DNA from: a virus
Reading direction: 5' to 3' (one strand)
Length of the DNA stretch: 64,000 bases
Virus record (IMG/VR): IMGVR_UViG_3300032893_000005
Span: 64,001 to 128,000 of that record
In this document: positions 9,844 through 19,856 of the stretch, piece by piece
Layout: every line of letters begins with the position of its first letter
Numbering within the stretch: position 1 is the stretch's first letter
Program-made: the position numbers and the translations under genes
The notes under the pieces: model-generated
What the model saw: the letters and a program-made list of their open reading frames with translations, nothing else
Database searches by the model: none
What the model was told of the DNA's origin: nothing

Positions 9844-10587
9844 ATGAAGAAGTGGAGAAAGTGGACTTCAGAAGAAGTTTCTTTCTTAACTGAAAATTAT
9901 GGTAAGGTGACGACTCAAAGCATAGCATCTGCTCTTGGCAGATGCTGGAGTTCAACTTATGCCAAAGCCGTACTTCTTAAACTTACTAAGCCTAAAGCTC
10001 CTGTTCAGATAGGAGAAAAATTAGGTAGACTTCTTGTCTTGAAAGTTTCTGATAAAAAATCTACGTCTCATGCCTTATTTTTCACTTGTCAGTGTGATTG
10101 CGGGTCTATTGTTGATGTAAGGGCGGCGCAATTAAGGAACGGACGCACAAAATCTTGCGGTTGTTACACTGTCGAACAAACCCAAAGGGCGCTTAGGATG
10201 GCTCCAGGGCAGACTTCATATAGAAGCCTGGAGCGAAGAACTAAAGTGTCTGCACGAAAGAGGAACCTGGAATATAATTTAACTACAGAACAGTTCATGA
10301 GTTTGGTCTGCTTGAGCTGTCACTGGTGCGGTCAAGAACCGGCCCCGTACAATGTATATATGAAGCACGATGGCACCTTCAGGCCAACGAATAGTGTCAC
10401 TATTGGATGGGCTCGACAGCAAACAGTATTTGTGAACGGAATAGACAGAATAGACAGTAGCGTCGGATATACGATAGAAAACTGCGTACCGTGCTGTTCC
10501 ATGTGCAATTTAATGAAACTAGATTATAGCCCAGAGCAATTTTTGAATCAAGTTAAGAAGATCGCTGAACATAAAGGCATTGTATGA
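9844..10587 (+). CDS. HNH homing endonuclease
   Basis: KWTSEE helix repeat, GRLLV...CQCDCG...TKSCGC, CHWCG, NGIDRIDSSVGYTIENCVPCCSMCN; AT-rich. Confidence 0.88.
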   Translation: MKKWRKWTSEEVSFLTENYGKVTTQSIASALGRCWSSTYAKAVLLKLTKPKAPVQIGEKLGRLLVLKVSDKKSTSHALFFTCQCDCGSIVDVRAAQLRNGRTKSCGCYTVEQTQRALRMAPGQTSYRSLERRTKVSARKRNLEYNLTTEQFMSLVCLSCHWCGQEPAPYNVYMKHDGTFRPTNSVTIGWARQQTVFVNGIDRIDSSVGYTIENCVPCCSMCNLMKLDYSPEQFLNQVKKIAEHKGIV

Positions 10588-11141
10588 CCCATGTTATGAT
10601 AGACCTAGAAACATTCGGTAACTCGCCCGGCTGCGCCTTCGCCTCCCTTGGAGCCATAGAGTTTGACCCAGAGACCCGCAAGAAGGGGCGATCGCTGTAC
10701 CTCGTCATCAACAAGGCGAGCTGCGTCGCCAAGGGCCTCACTCTTGACCAAGACACAATCAACTGGTGGGCTACTCAGCCCGAGGAAGCCCGGTCTGTGC
10801 TTGCCAAGTCTGAGTCTGAGAAGGTCGGAGAAGACAACGTCACCCTAGAAGGCGCACTGATAGCTCTCACTTACTTCCTCAAGGAGTGTGGGGATAACGT
10901 GAAGGTGTTTAGCTGCGGGGCAGACTTCGATTTACCCCTCATGGTGTACGCCTTCAAAGCCTGCGGCCTAGAAGTGCCGTGGAAGTTCTGGAACAGCCGC
11001 TGCTTTCGTACCTGGAAGAGCCTGGCCCCATGGGTGAAGGCACCCGCCGGTGCCGTCGCACATAACGCCTTGCAAGACGCATCAGACCAAGTCGATCACC
11101 TCTTTGCCATTGCAACTAACCTGAGACTTAAGATAAGATAG
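10584..11141 (+). CDS. DEDD 3'-5' exo(ribo)nuclease, Rv2179c/DUF5051-like
   Basis: HVMIDLET, TINWW..Q, GADFD, PWKFWNSRCFRT, HNALQDA. Confidence 0.88.
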   Translation: MTHVMIDLETFGNSPGCAFASLGAIEFDPETRKKGRSLYLVINKASCVAKGLTLDQDTINWWATQPEEARSVLAKSESEKVGEDNVTLEGALIALTYFLKECGDNVKVFSCGADFDLPLMVYAFKACGLEVPWKFWNSRCFRTWKSLAPWVKAPAGAVAHNALQDASDQVDHLFAIATNLRLKIR

Positions 11142-11656
11142 TGTGTCAAACCTTGGAGGGTTTAATGAAGCTCAAGGCTGGTGATCGAGTATACTACGCT
11201 CGCAGGAGCTGGAGAGACCCCGAGCCCTCTACGGTCGTCAAGGCTACTGACAAACAGGTAGTCATCCAAGAGGACCCTGCACCGGATGATAGCTATCAGG
11301 GGACCAAGTGGACTATCAGGGGTAATGAGATAGATCATATATTCCACACGCTGCCTGAAGCATTCGAGCATCTTGCTCAGCAGGAAGACGCAGAAGCCGC
11401 GCGTGCCGAAGAGCGGGCCGCAGAGCACCGCAACAACGCGGCAGAGTTCAGGAGGAAAGCCCGTGAGCCGAAGACAAACTAACGTCTGGGACTTCTTGAC
11501 TAAGCTCTTGGATGCGATCACGACTGCTGGCGGAGCTATCCTGGGTACCATTGCCATGTTCTTAGTTGTCCTACTGTTCACACCGATCGGATGGATGGGC
11601 ATCATGATCATGGGCGTCCTGTACATGTTGTTCACGGGTGATCGTGGAACGTATCC

Positions 11657-12220
11657 ATGAGCAAAGATCTACTGGACAAGCTCCAGGAAGTCATGGAAGA
11701 GCTGTTCGTTCTCTGCGTCCAGTCGGGCGTCAGCGCTCCCGATCCAGTGCTTTACATGCCACGCCGGACAGTAGCGGAGCTGTACAAGTCAAGGCAGAGT
11801 AAGCAGAGCAGCATGCGACAGTTCGAGATGTTCAGCCAGCAGCCCATAGGAGATAGGGATACCCACTTCGACATGGAACTGAACTACGGCAGCCTTGGAT
11901 CTTGCAAGCTACGCATGTTGGAAGAGTGGAACTCGATCAAGCGCAATGATGCATGGGACCTCTTGGCCGTAACAAGCCAGTCCGTATCCTTTCTCCTATC
12001 GATGAAGGAGGCTATGAGGGCTCCTGCTGGCTTGCAAAGGATGGTTAACCCCGCTATCATAGACTACAAGGTTGAAGAGATCGTAAAGCAGTTTAAACGA
12101 ATCAAAGAAAGTATGGCAAATGATGAACAAGCTTATCCTGGTATTCAGCAGTATCCTGATTTCAGCAATGGCATCGGCGAAGGTGGTAGAGCTTTCGACC
12201 CCGGAGCAGCTCAAGACTGA
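11657..12220 (+). CDS. Hypothetical protein; N-terminus weakly resembles a capsid-protein segment
   Basis: Coupled ORF; helix-G-x-P-VLYMP-helix pattern. Confidence 0.6.
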   Translation: MSKDLLDKLQEVMEELFVLCVQSGVSAPDPVLYMPRRTVAELYKSRQSKQSSMRQFEMFSQQPIGDRDTHFDMELNYGSLGSCKLRMLEEWNSIKRNDAWDLLAVTSQSVSFLLSMKEAMRAPAGLQRMVNPAIIDYKVEEIVKQFKRIKESMANDEQAYPGIQQYPDFSNGIGEGGRAFDPGAAQD

Positions 12221-12527
12221 GCTTGCGAAGCCTGGACCTGGCATCGTCCTCCTCTACTCCGCACCGTGGTGTCCCGGATGTCAGTTGTTTCATCCGGTCT
12301 ACGAGAAGTTGTCTGAGAAGATGAAGCCGATCCGCTTCTACGACATCAACATAGACGTAACTGCTCCACTCAAGGAGCATGAAGGTATGGTGCCTTACAT
12401 CCCGACCGCCTTCGTCGGCCACAGCGAAGATCAGCTCCGCAACAGACCGTGCAGGATCTTGAACGATGACCGAGACTTCGACACTGTGAGAGAAGAGATC
12501 GAAGAGTGTCTGAGAAGTACTAAGTAG
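12120..12527 (+). CDS. Thioredoxin-family protein with Sec signal peptide
   Basis: MNKLILVFSSILISAMASA signal; APWCPGC active site; cis-Pro motif YIPT. Confidence 0.88.
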   Translation: MMNKLILVFSSILISAMASAKVVELSTPEQLKTELAKPGPGIVLLYSAPWCPGCQLFHPVYEKLSEKMKPIRFYDINIDVTAPLKEHEGMVPYIPTAFVGHSEDQLRNRPCRILNDDRDFDTVREEIEECLRSTK

Positions 12528-12822
12528 GAGGAGACATGGAAGCAGGAAAGATGGTTGGTTACAAGTTCTCGTTCGGCACTAAGAACGGCGTAATCACCAC
12601 GTCGGTAGACGAGCTTCGCAAGACTCTGTCGCAGTCACCGTACTTCGACAGCGTGGCCATGCGCCCAAACGCGTACGTGGGTGGGTACGACTCGCTGGAA
12701 GTCACCATGACCACGACGCATAACTCTCTCATCGAAGTCATCAACCTGCTCGACGAAGTCAAGGCGATGCTGTCCCTGGCCGACAAGGACTTACTGAGCT
12801 ACTCTGCCTTCATAATGGAGGA

Positions 12823-13248
12823 GTGATGCCTAACTCGATCACCGTTCATACTTCTAAAAGCCCTATCGACCCCTTAGCAGATGGAGTGAAGCTAGACGTC
12901 CTGGTCGCGACACACTTCATGGGCGAAGAAGTCTACGAGGAGCGCTGGGGAAAGCAGAAGCAGTACGGCGCCTTCAGCCTGGGGAAGCCTGACTACTACG
13001 ACAGCGCTGGCGAGATGATCCTGTTCAACCCGCTCCCCTCGTACTCGTACGACATGGCCGATGCGTGGAAGGTCGTCGAGAAGCTGCACGAAGTATCTGG
13101 CGTCTGCGGGTTCACTCTTATGTTCGACGACGACCAGTGGATCTGTAAGCTGGGATGGTCCAACGAAGGCGAAGCGTGTAACGGCATGGGAGTTGCCGAC
13201 ACTGCTCCACTGGCGATCTGCAGAGCAGCACTAGACGCGGTGAAGTGA
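12823..13248 (+). CDS. BC1872-like / phage ABA-sandwich domain protein
   Basis: LD.LVA..FMG, PSYSYDMADAWKVVEKL, TAPLAICRAAL. Confidence 0.75.
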   Translation: MMPNSITVHTSKSPIDPLADGVKLDVLVATHFMGEEVYEERWGKQKQYGAFSLGKPDYYDSAGEMILFNPLPSYSYDMADAWKVVEKLHEVSGVCGFTLMFDDDQWICKLGWSNEGEACNGMGVADTAPLAICRAALDAVK

Positions 13249-15329
13249 TGAAGAGGCTTGAGGGCGAGGTCAGGATAGAGGATGGACGCCTCTTGGTTGA
13301 CGCAGAGCCCCACGTCATGTCCAGACTTCGGCCAATCTTCGACAACGCGACCAACTGGTCCAACCGGGGCAAGTACACCCATCGTCCGATCACGTTCCCG
13401 TTCAACATGACTTCGGCCAAGGACATCCTCTGGATCATGCAGAGGTACAACCTGGCCTGCGATCCCCTGACAGCAAGCAAGATCCAAGAGAAGTCTGACG
13501 AGTATGACCGAGTACTCGAGTCTGTGGTCAACGCGGACAAGGATACGACGTACCGCGTTAGTCCAGAAGCCCTTCAGCTCGCTTTAAGCCTCAGAACCCA
13601 CCAAGTTACCTTCAAGAACGCCATCTGGCAGCTCAAGCGCATGCTCCTGTCCGACAAGATGGGCCTCGGGAAAACCCCGTCCGGCATCTCGATGCTTCAG
13701 GAGCCTGAGTCGCGCCCGGCGCTGATCGTGGTACCGCCGCACCTGTGCTCTCAGTGGGAGCGCGAGGTAAATCGGTTCCTACCCGGCGCCAGCACACACG
13801 TCATACGAGGCTTCAAGAACTACGAGCTGCCCCAAGTCGACGTCTTGATCACAGGATACAACCGGCTCCAGCCGTGGCAGGACACACTCCTGGCCGACAA
13901 GAGTCACTTCAAGACCCTGATAGGCGACGAGATCCAGGAACTGAGGCACACCGGCACCGGAAAGCGCGAGATCTTTCGCATCTTGTCAGAGCGCGTCAAG
14001 TTCTGCGCGGGTCTGAGCGGTACGCCGATCTACAACCACGGTGACGAGATCTGGAGTGTCCTGGACGCCATATCCCCTGAGTGCCTAGGAAGCCGCGACG
14101 AGTTCGTGGAAGAGTGGTGCGGCTGGTCCGGCGTAGTCCGGGAGCCTAGCGTCCTCAACCACTACCTGAAGACACGCGGTCTGATGATGCGGAGGACCCC
14201 GGAAGAAGTTGGGCTCCACTTCGGAGAAGCCTCGAAGCACGTCTACACGCTCGACGCCGACATGAAGCAGCTCGAAGCCGTCCAGAACGTCATGAAGATG
14301 CTGGCCTTGAGCGTGCTGAATGGCAACGTGAACGAGCAGAGCGAGTCTTCCCGCGAGTTCGACTGGAAGCTCCGTCACGCCACTGGAGTGGCTAAGGCTA
14401 GGCCTGTGGCCGAGTTCGTAAAGATGATCTGCGACCAGGGCGACAAGGTTCTCCTGGCCGGTTGGCACCGCGACGTCTACGACATCTGGATGAAGGAGCT
14501 GAAGGCCTACAATCCCGTCATGTACACCGGCACCGAGTCTCCCAAGGAGAAGGACAAGGCCGTCAAGGAGTTCGTCGAGGGGAATGCGAAGGTGTTCATC
14601 ATCAGTCTCAGGTCTGGATCTGGCCTCGATGGGCTTCAGAGAGCCTGCGCGACCGCTGTGTTCGGCGAGCTTGACTGGAGCCCACACGTAATGGATCAAG
14701 TCGTAGCCCGCCTTGACCGCGACGGCCAGACGAAGCACGTCCAGGCGTTCTACCTGACGATCGCCGACGGAGCCGACCCGTTCATGATCGAACTCGTAGC
14801 GAAGAAGCGTGACCAGCACGATGGCGTAGTGGAAGGCAAAGACAGCGCCGGTGAGATCTTGGCGTTCGACAGCGGCGGCAAGGAGCGAATCCGAGAGCTT
14901 GCGAAGTCGTACCTCAAGTCGATCGGCGAAGAGGCAGTAGAAGCTATCCAGGAAGTTGGCCTTCAGGCCGACGTAGCCAATGCCCTGAGGTCAGTCCGAG
15001 TCCCGGTAAACACCGAGGAAGAGATGCAGGCTGCACTCCACGACGTTCTTCCTAAGGTTCTGCCGCAAGACGTCAAGATCGAGCGCGAGGTCAAGATCTC
15101 GAAGCGAAGCCGCCTAGACTTCATGGTCACTCGCGGCGAAGAGCGCGTCGCTATCGAGTGTAAGATCGCATCGACCAAGCGGGCCGAGGTCTACCGGCAA
15201 GTTCGCAAGTACGTGGAAGAAGGCAAGGTCACGTCCGTGGTCTTGTTCGCGCCTTGGTTCGGGATACCAACTTTTAAGGTTGACGAGGTGGTCGTGACTG
15301 TGGTTGACACAGCGGCGGCGTCGCTGTAA
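13245..15329 (+). CDS. SNF2-family helicase with C-terminal PD-(D/E)XK nuclease-like domain
   Basis: DKMGLGKT, DEIQ, LSGTP, ELDWSP...QVVARLDRDGQ; C-terminal EREV...RLDF...IECK...QVRKY. Confidence 0.9.
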   Translation: MMKRLEGEVRIEDGRLLVDAEPHVMSRLRPIFDNATNWSNRGKYTHRPITFPFNMTSAKDILWIMQRYNLACDPLTASKIQEKSDEYDRVLESVVNADKDTTYRVSPEALQLALSLRTHQVTFKNAIWQLKRMLLSDKMGLGKTPSGISMLQEPESRPALIVVPPHLCSQWEREVNRFLPGASTHVIRGFKNYELPQVDVLITGYNRLQPWQDTLLADKSHFKTLIGDEIQELRHTGTGKREIFRILSERVKFCAGLSGTPIYNHGDEIWSVLDAISPECLGSRDEFVEEWCGWSGVVREPSVLNHYLKTRGLMMRRTPEEVGLHFGEASKHVYTLDADMKQLEAVQNVMKMLALSVLNGNVNEQSESSREFDWKLRHATGVAKARPVAEFVKMICDQGDKVLLAGWHRDVYDIWMKELKAYNPVMYTGTESPKEKDKAVKEFVEGNAKVFIISLRSGSGLDGLQRACATAVFGELDWSPHVMDQVVARLDRDGQTKHVQAFYLTIADGADPFMIELVAKKRDQHDGVVEGKDSAGEILAFDSGGKERIRELAKSYLKSIGEEAVEAIQEVGLQADVANALRSVRVPVNTEEEMQAALHDVLPKVLPQDVKIEREVKISKRSRLDFMVTRGEERVAIECKIASTKRAEVYRQVRKYVEEGKVTSVVLFAPWFGIPTFKVDEVVVTVVDTAAASL

Positions 15330-15338
15330 AATCTTCTC

Positions 15339-15827
15339 ATGTATTGGCAAACTCACGGTCACTGTAAAAACTATCACCGCTCAAGAACGTACAACGTCTG
15401 GCACAAGATGCGCCAGCGGTGCTTCAATCCCAAAGATCCCAAGTATCCTAACTATGGCGGCAGAGGTATAACTATTGACCCAAGATGGATGGTATTTGAA
15501 ACTTTCTTAGAAGATATGGGAGTGTGCCCCGACAAACACTCTATAGATCGTATCGATAATAATGCCAACTACTGTAAGGCAAACTGCAAGTGGTCCACTA
15601 ACAAAGAACAGTGCAATAATAGAAGATCTTGTAGATACCTAGAGTTCAACGGTAAGAAGATGACTCACCAACAATGGGCAGAATCTTTAGGTTTTAAGGA
15701 AGGATCTGCCATCGCGTTTAGGTTAAAATCTGGATGGACTATAGAAGAAGCACTCACAACTCGCAAAGGCCAATCGAGAACGTCTCGTTCTGAGACTTGC
15801 GTTGACACAATGTCACAGGCCCTGTAA
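15339..15827 (+). CDS. HNH homing endonuclease
   Basis: W..MRQRC, YGGRGI, FLEDMG, SIDRIDNN..Y...NCKW.T..EQ.NNRR; AT-rich. Confidence 0.9.
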   Translation: MYWQTHGHCKNYHRSRTYNVWHKMRQRCFNPKDPKYPNYGGRGITIDPRWMVFETFLEDMGVCPDKHSIDRIDNNANYCKANCKWSTNKEQCNNRRSCRYLEFNGKKMTHQQWAESLGFKEGSAIAFRLKSGWTIEEALTTRKGQSRTSRSETCVDTMSQAL

Positions 15828-15830
15828 TCT
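15802..15830 (+). promoter_or_regulatory. Sigma70-like early promoter
   Basis: TTGACA-N17-TAATCT, 28 nt before ATG 15859, which has a GGAGG RBS. Confidence 0.7.
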
Positions 15831-15858
15831 AACCTTGAAACTTTCTTGGAGGGAAGGC

Positions 15859-16161
15859 ATGAAGAAGGGGCAAGGTAACGACTTAGTCGGATGGACGGCC
15901 CGTGCGCTGCAAGACGTCAAGACGCACAACGGGTTCACGATCGTCAAAGACTCTAAGGTGAAGGTCGTAGACTATCTACACCTCGACAAGCACTACTGTG
16001 TCACCTTGATCGACTCGATCTGGGCGTCGTCGCTCATAGTGAGCGAGAACGACATGATGCTCTGCTTCGACTTTATCTCGTCCGGCCAGCCCGAACGAGT
16101 TCCTGTTCCAAAGTCACTAGCGAAGTGGTATAACGAAACCAAGAAGTACACGGGGTATTAA
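15859..16161 (+). CDS. Hypothetical protein
   Basis: ATG with RBS downstream of promoter. Confidence 0.65.
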   Translation: MKKGQGNDLVGWTARALQDVKTHNGFTIVKDSKVKVVDYLHLDKHYCVTLIDSIWASSLIVSENDMMLCFDFISSGQPERVPVPKSLAKWYNETKKYTGY

Positions 16162-16410
16162 GATGAAGAAACCGCAGCTATGGTTAGAAGAACAGCGATG
16201 GGGCGAGAAGGATGGTGTCCATACCATGCTGCGCATCTTTTATCCTGACGGATCGTCCGAGTACCTGAACTTAAACAAGTACTATGATAACGGCAACGTG
16301 CTATTCAACACAACTGGTGACTGGGAGCGGTCCCACGGTAACGACTGGAGCCCCGATGACTACGATGGTCAGTACGGCAACGATACTGAAGCACACTTCC
16401 TGGGGTACCT

Positions 16411-16791
16411 GTGAAGTACGTCGCAGTCGTCGTGAACATCAACGGCTCGATAGACTCACAAGGTGAGGTCATCATGGGAGACGTGACGTTTCCAGATCAT
16501 CCGGTGCAGTTCTTCCGTGACAGTGACATAGGTAAGAGTATCAGTGAAGGTGAACCTTTAGGCGTAGCCAAGCTTAGGAAGGAAGGTAACCAAGTCTTCG
16601 CGGACATCGATACCTTCAGTCCCATAGACATATCCGGCATGTACGCGGTTCCCACAGGATCGATAAAGACCAGGAGAGGGAACGTGATCACGGAGTGCAG
16701 CATATCAGGCATCATGTTGACCCCTTCCCCTGCCGACAAAAATCTGTTACCACTTACTAAAGTGGAGGATGACGATGGGCAAGCACGTTAG
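16411..16791 (+). CDS. Prohead-protease-like protein, catalytic residues apparently absent
   Basis: IDSQGEVI...PLG...G.IKTRRGNVITECSISGIMLTPSPAD follows the S78-like protease layout, but the expected His (xxxH) and GFSxG Ser motifs are missing. Confidence 0.55.
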   Translation: MKYVAVVVNINGSIDSQGEVIMGDVTFPDHPVQFFRDSDIGKSISEGEPLGVAKLRKEGNQVFADIDTFSPIDISGMYAVPTGSIKTRRGNVITECSISGIMLTPSPADKNLLPLTKVEDDDGQAR

Positions 16792-17113
16792 CTTCGGAAG
16801 CTCGAGTAGTGGCATCAAGGAACACGTCAAGGGACTCGTGACCTTCGAGTACTACCGCGACGGGAACCTGTTCTACAAGACAGAGTCAGGCCTTCGCTTC
16901 CCGGTGCCGGTCTCAGACATCGGCAACGCCACGTTCATGGCCTCAGACCGCGCCATGCTGTTCATGCGTTGGATCAGGCAGCACCTCGAGATCAACAAAG
17001 GCGTAGCAGTCATGGTCGACGTATCTATAAAGCCCAACGAGGCCAAGCTGGTCGATCCATCGAACCCGGCAAACTCTGTCCTCATCAAGAACATAGGAGA
17101 CGGCAATGGTTAG
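16769..17113 (+). CDS. Conserved phage hypothetical protein
   Basis: VTFEYYRDGNLFYKTESGLRFPVPVSDIGNATF...FMRWIRQH, a recurrent phage family. Confidence 0.7.
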   Translation: MTMGKHVSFGSSSSGIKEHVKGLVTFEYYRDGNLFYKTESGLRFPVPVSDIGNATFMASDRAMLFMRWIRQHLEINKGVAVMVDVSIKPNEAKLVDPSNPANSVLIKNIGDGNG

Positions 17114-17681
17114 GATAGGCAGGCCTCCTCACGTTTACCTGATCGAAGGCCATAATGACATGAGCCACTTTACTCCGAGCGAGTACGTGTGCAACGAGTT
17201 CGTATACGTCACCGACGAACTTTACATGAAGCTCCTCCAGTTCACGGACCCGACGCTCATCGAGGGAACGCAGACCGAGAAGGAAGAGATGAAGTCTGCC
17301 TTGGAGTCATCAGCGGTTAAGTCTCTCGGACCAGGTGAAAGTTCTGCTGATAACTTGATGACTTTCTTGTCCGGCACGTCGCTTGCGCAGCGCATCAAGC
17401 GCGCGATAGACATGAACCCTGGCAAGAGCATGCTCTGGCAGTTCAACGGACTTGGTCCGAACATGAAGGATCAGTACCGTCACGTAGTCGCTATGGGAGA
17501 CCCGAGCCTGCTGCACGTCTGGACTGACTTTGAAGCCTACGTCATCCTGCCCTTGCACCGCATGAGGGTTAAGGCACTGAACAGGATGATCCGCAGACGG
17601 CAGCAGCGTGAGATCGCAAGCTGGGAAGCGTACCTTAAAGAAGTCTACTCAAGGAGAGAAAATGAAACTGCTAACCCTTAG
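17106..17681 (+). CDS. Hypothetical protein
   Basis: 191 aa coupled ORF. Confidence 0.65.
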   Translation: MVRIGRPPHVYLIEGHNDMSHFTPSEYVCNEFVYVTDELYMKLLQFTDPTLIEGTQTEKEEMKSALESSAVKSLGPGESSADNLMTFLSGTSLAQRIKRAIDMNPGKSMLWQFNGLGPNMKDQYRHVVAMGDPSLLHVWTDFEAYVILPLHRMRVKALNRMIRRRQQREIASWEAYLKEVYSRRENETANP

Positions 17682-17886
17682 CCTGATTGCCATGTCGCTG
17701 GCGGCCTGCGCGAGCAAGCCTGTCAAGCAGGAGCCGTCTGAGTACGTGATCGGATGCGCCACTGGCATGTTCATGGTAGCGAAGATGAACAACAGCGTAA
17801 CCGAGGACAACCGAGAAGGACTAACTCAGTTATTTGCTCAGATCTGCATGTCACTTGAACACAGCTACCGGGAGAGGACCAAGTGA
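17662..17886 (+). CDS. Small lipoprotein
   Basis: AAGGAG RBS; MKLLTLSLIAMSLAAC lipobox; two more Cys. Confidence 0.75.
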   Translation: MKLLTLSLIAMSLAACASKPVKQEPSEYVIGCATGMFMVAKMNNSVTEDNREGLTQLFAQICMSLEHSYRERTK

Positions 17887-18164
17887 GGTTCAAGAGTAAG
17901 GTCGTCCACATCGACGCGAAGCAGTGGGACGGCGACTGGCGCGTGCTGTGCGACTGGGCATCGTCCATCAGCGTAGGCAGCGGTACCGGCTTGTCGTACA
18001 ACGGTAAGAGCTTGCAGATCCACACCCTGGAAGGTACCATGTCGGTCGGCATCGGTGATTGGGTGATTTGCGGAACCGAGGGCGAGTTTTATCCGTGCAA
18101 AAATACGGTCTTTCAACGTAAATACGAACCGGCCCCTGAGCCGGAGAGGAGTGGTGCAGTATGA
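17883..18164 (+). CDS. Conserved phage protein (TLEG...GDW...GEFYP family)
   Basis: IHTLEGTM...GDWVICGTEGEFYPCK..VF..KYE. Confidence 0.8.
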   Translation: MRFKSKVVHIDAKQWDGDWRVLCDWASSISVGSGTGLSYNGKSLQIHTLEGTMSVGIGDWVICGTEGEFYPCKNTVFQRKYEPAPEPERSGAV

Positions 18165-19856
18165 TTACATCGAACGGAACATTTGTACAGGTGGTGACGG
18201 CTGCAGAAGCTGCGGCTGCCTACAAAGCCAACCCGTACAACAAGATGGAGACGCTCAAGGCAGACCTCATGGACGGCATCACCCGCGCAATGCTCTGCGG
18301 TAGCCCTAGCTACTCGTACTTCGGGTACAGGAATAAGCTGGAGCAGCCTGTCATAGACTGGCTCGTCAGCCTGGGATACTTGGTGTGGCACCATAGTCCA
18401 TACGATGGCTCAGGTCGCAAGCAGTACACCTACAGCATCTACTGGGCATTCCCAGACGACGCAACGGTCGCACCGTTTGCCCCTGGCGAGCGATTCGACG
18501 AGGGCTACAGCGACGCGGAGAGTACGGTATGAAGAAGCTGTTTCGGTTTCAGTACGAGAAGTGCAGCGGCACTTGCTACCACCCGTCTCCAGAGTTCTTC
18601 GAGGAGCTTCGGTGCCTGGACAAGACAGTCCTGAAGCGCGTGGTGGATAAGGTAGTCGCATCGCACGACAGGGTGTGCAACGATCCAGAGATGCGATTCG
18701 GCGTAGACTACGACGAGAAGAGCAAGCACTACATCGCCAGCTTCGTTAACCACGGCAAGCTTGACTTGTTCACGTCCAGAGTGTTCATGGGAGCCGTCGA
18801 GGAGATGTGCGAGTTCATCCTGTCCGAGGTCCAAGGAGGTGCGTCTGGCGACTGCGAGTACGATCACACTACTGAAAAGTTGCACGAAGCCATCATGAGG
18901 GCCGTATGATCATCTCTCAGGTAATGCGTACGGTAGCGATCTTCGTATGGATACTGCTTGGCCTACACCTGATCGCCGTCGATCGTATCGCAGCGACCTG
19001 TACGCTGATCAGCGGTACTCTGTTCATGGCCGCTTTGATATACGACGAGGCTTCATCATGAAGAAGGAAGAACTGCAGAAGCACTTAGACTCTCTGCTAG
19101 AGAAGCGCCGCAAGATCTTGACCAGCAAGAGTGCGAAGCCGAGCGAGATCACCGACAAGTTAAACAAGGTCGCCAAGGAGATCGAGTCGACCAGAAACAA
19201 GATGGAGAAGTTATGAAACTGTACGCTACCAAGTTCCGAGAGAAGGGTGACAAGGAGTATAAGACTGTCCTGATCATGGCGAAGGACTTCGACGAGTATC
19301 GCGAGAAGTTCGCAGACTTCTTGAAGGTCGGCGAGTACGACGTCGACAAGCGTACCATATCATGGGCAGGAAACTCTGTTCCGTTCATGTCCGAGGGTAG
19401 AGCTGAAGTCCTGTGCACAAACTTGGACGAAGTGAACTAACATGAGGTACCTAGTCAAGCAGCCGGAGAAGTACAGGAAGGCGAAGTCTAAGAGCAAGCG
19501 CCTTAACCCGTCCTGGCACTTCGACACCGAGCAGGAAGCCAAGGCCTTCGCAGACTCCTTCAAGGAGTGCTGGGTCGACGTGTGGTTTGAGGGTAAGATC
19601 GTCCACAGCAACTACAGTAAGGCAGTGCCGGACTGGTTCAGGAAGATCAAGGAAGTAGCATGACGGAAGTCTACGAGCTTGAGTTCAGCCATCAGATAGA
19701 GCCTCAGAACTACGGCCTCTTCAAGAGCATCTTTCACGCAGAGCAGTACATGAAAGAGTACTTGAAGGGTGTAGACTTAACCAAGAAGACGTCGTATCAT
19801 GACGGTCAGACGATCATCTACGACGGTGATTATATCTTAAGACGGAGGATTGTGCG

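Noticed and set aside
17270-17400. EEMKSALES...LSGTSL as a capsid N-terminal fragment; also 16769 C-terminus (VMVDVSIKP) as a sheath fragment and 12536 as a gp25 fragment
   Set aside because: Too short or too weak to distinguish from chance without a profile search.
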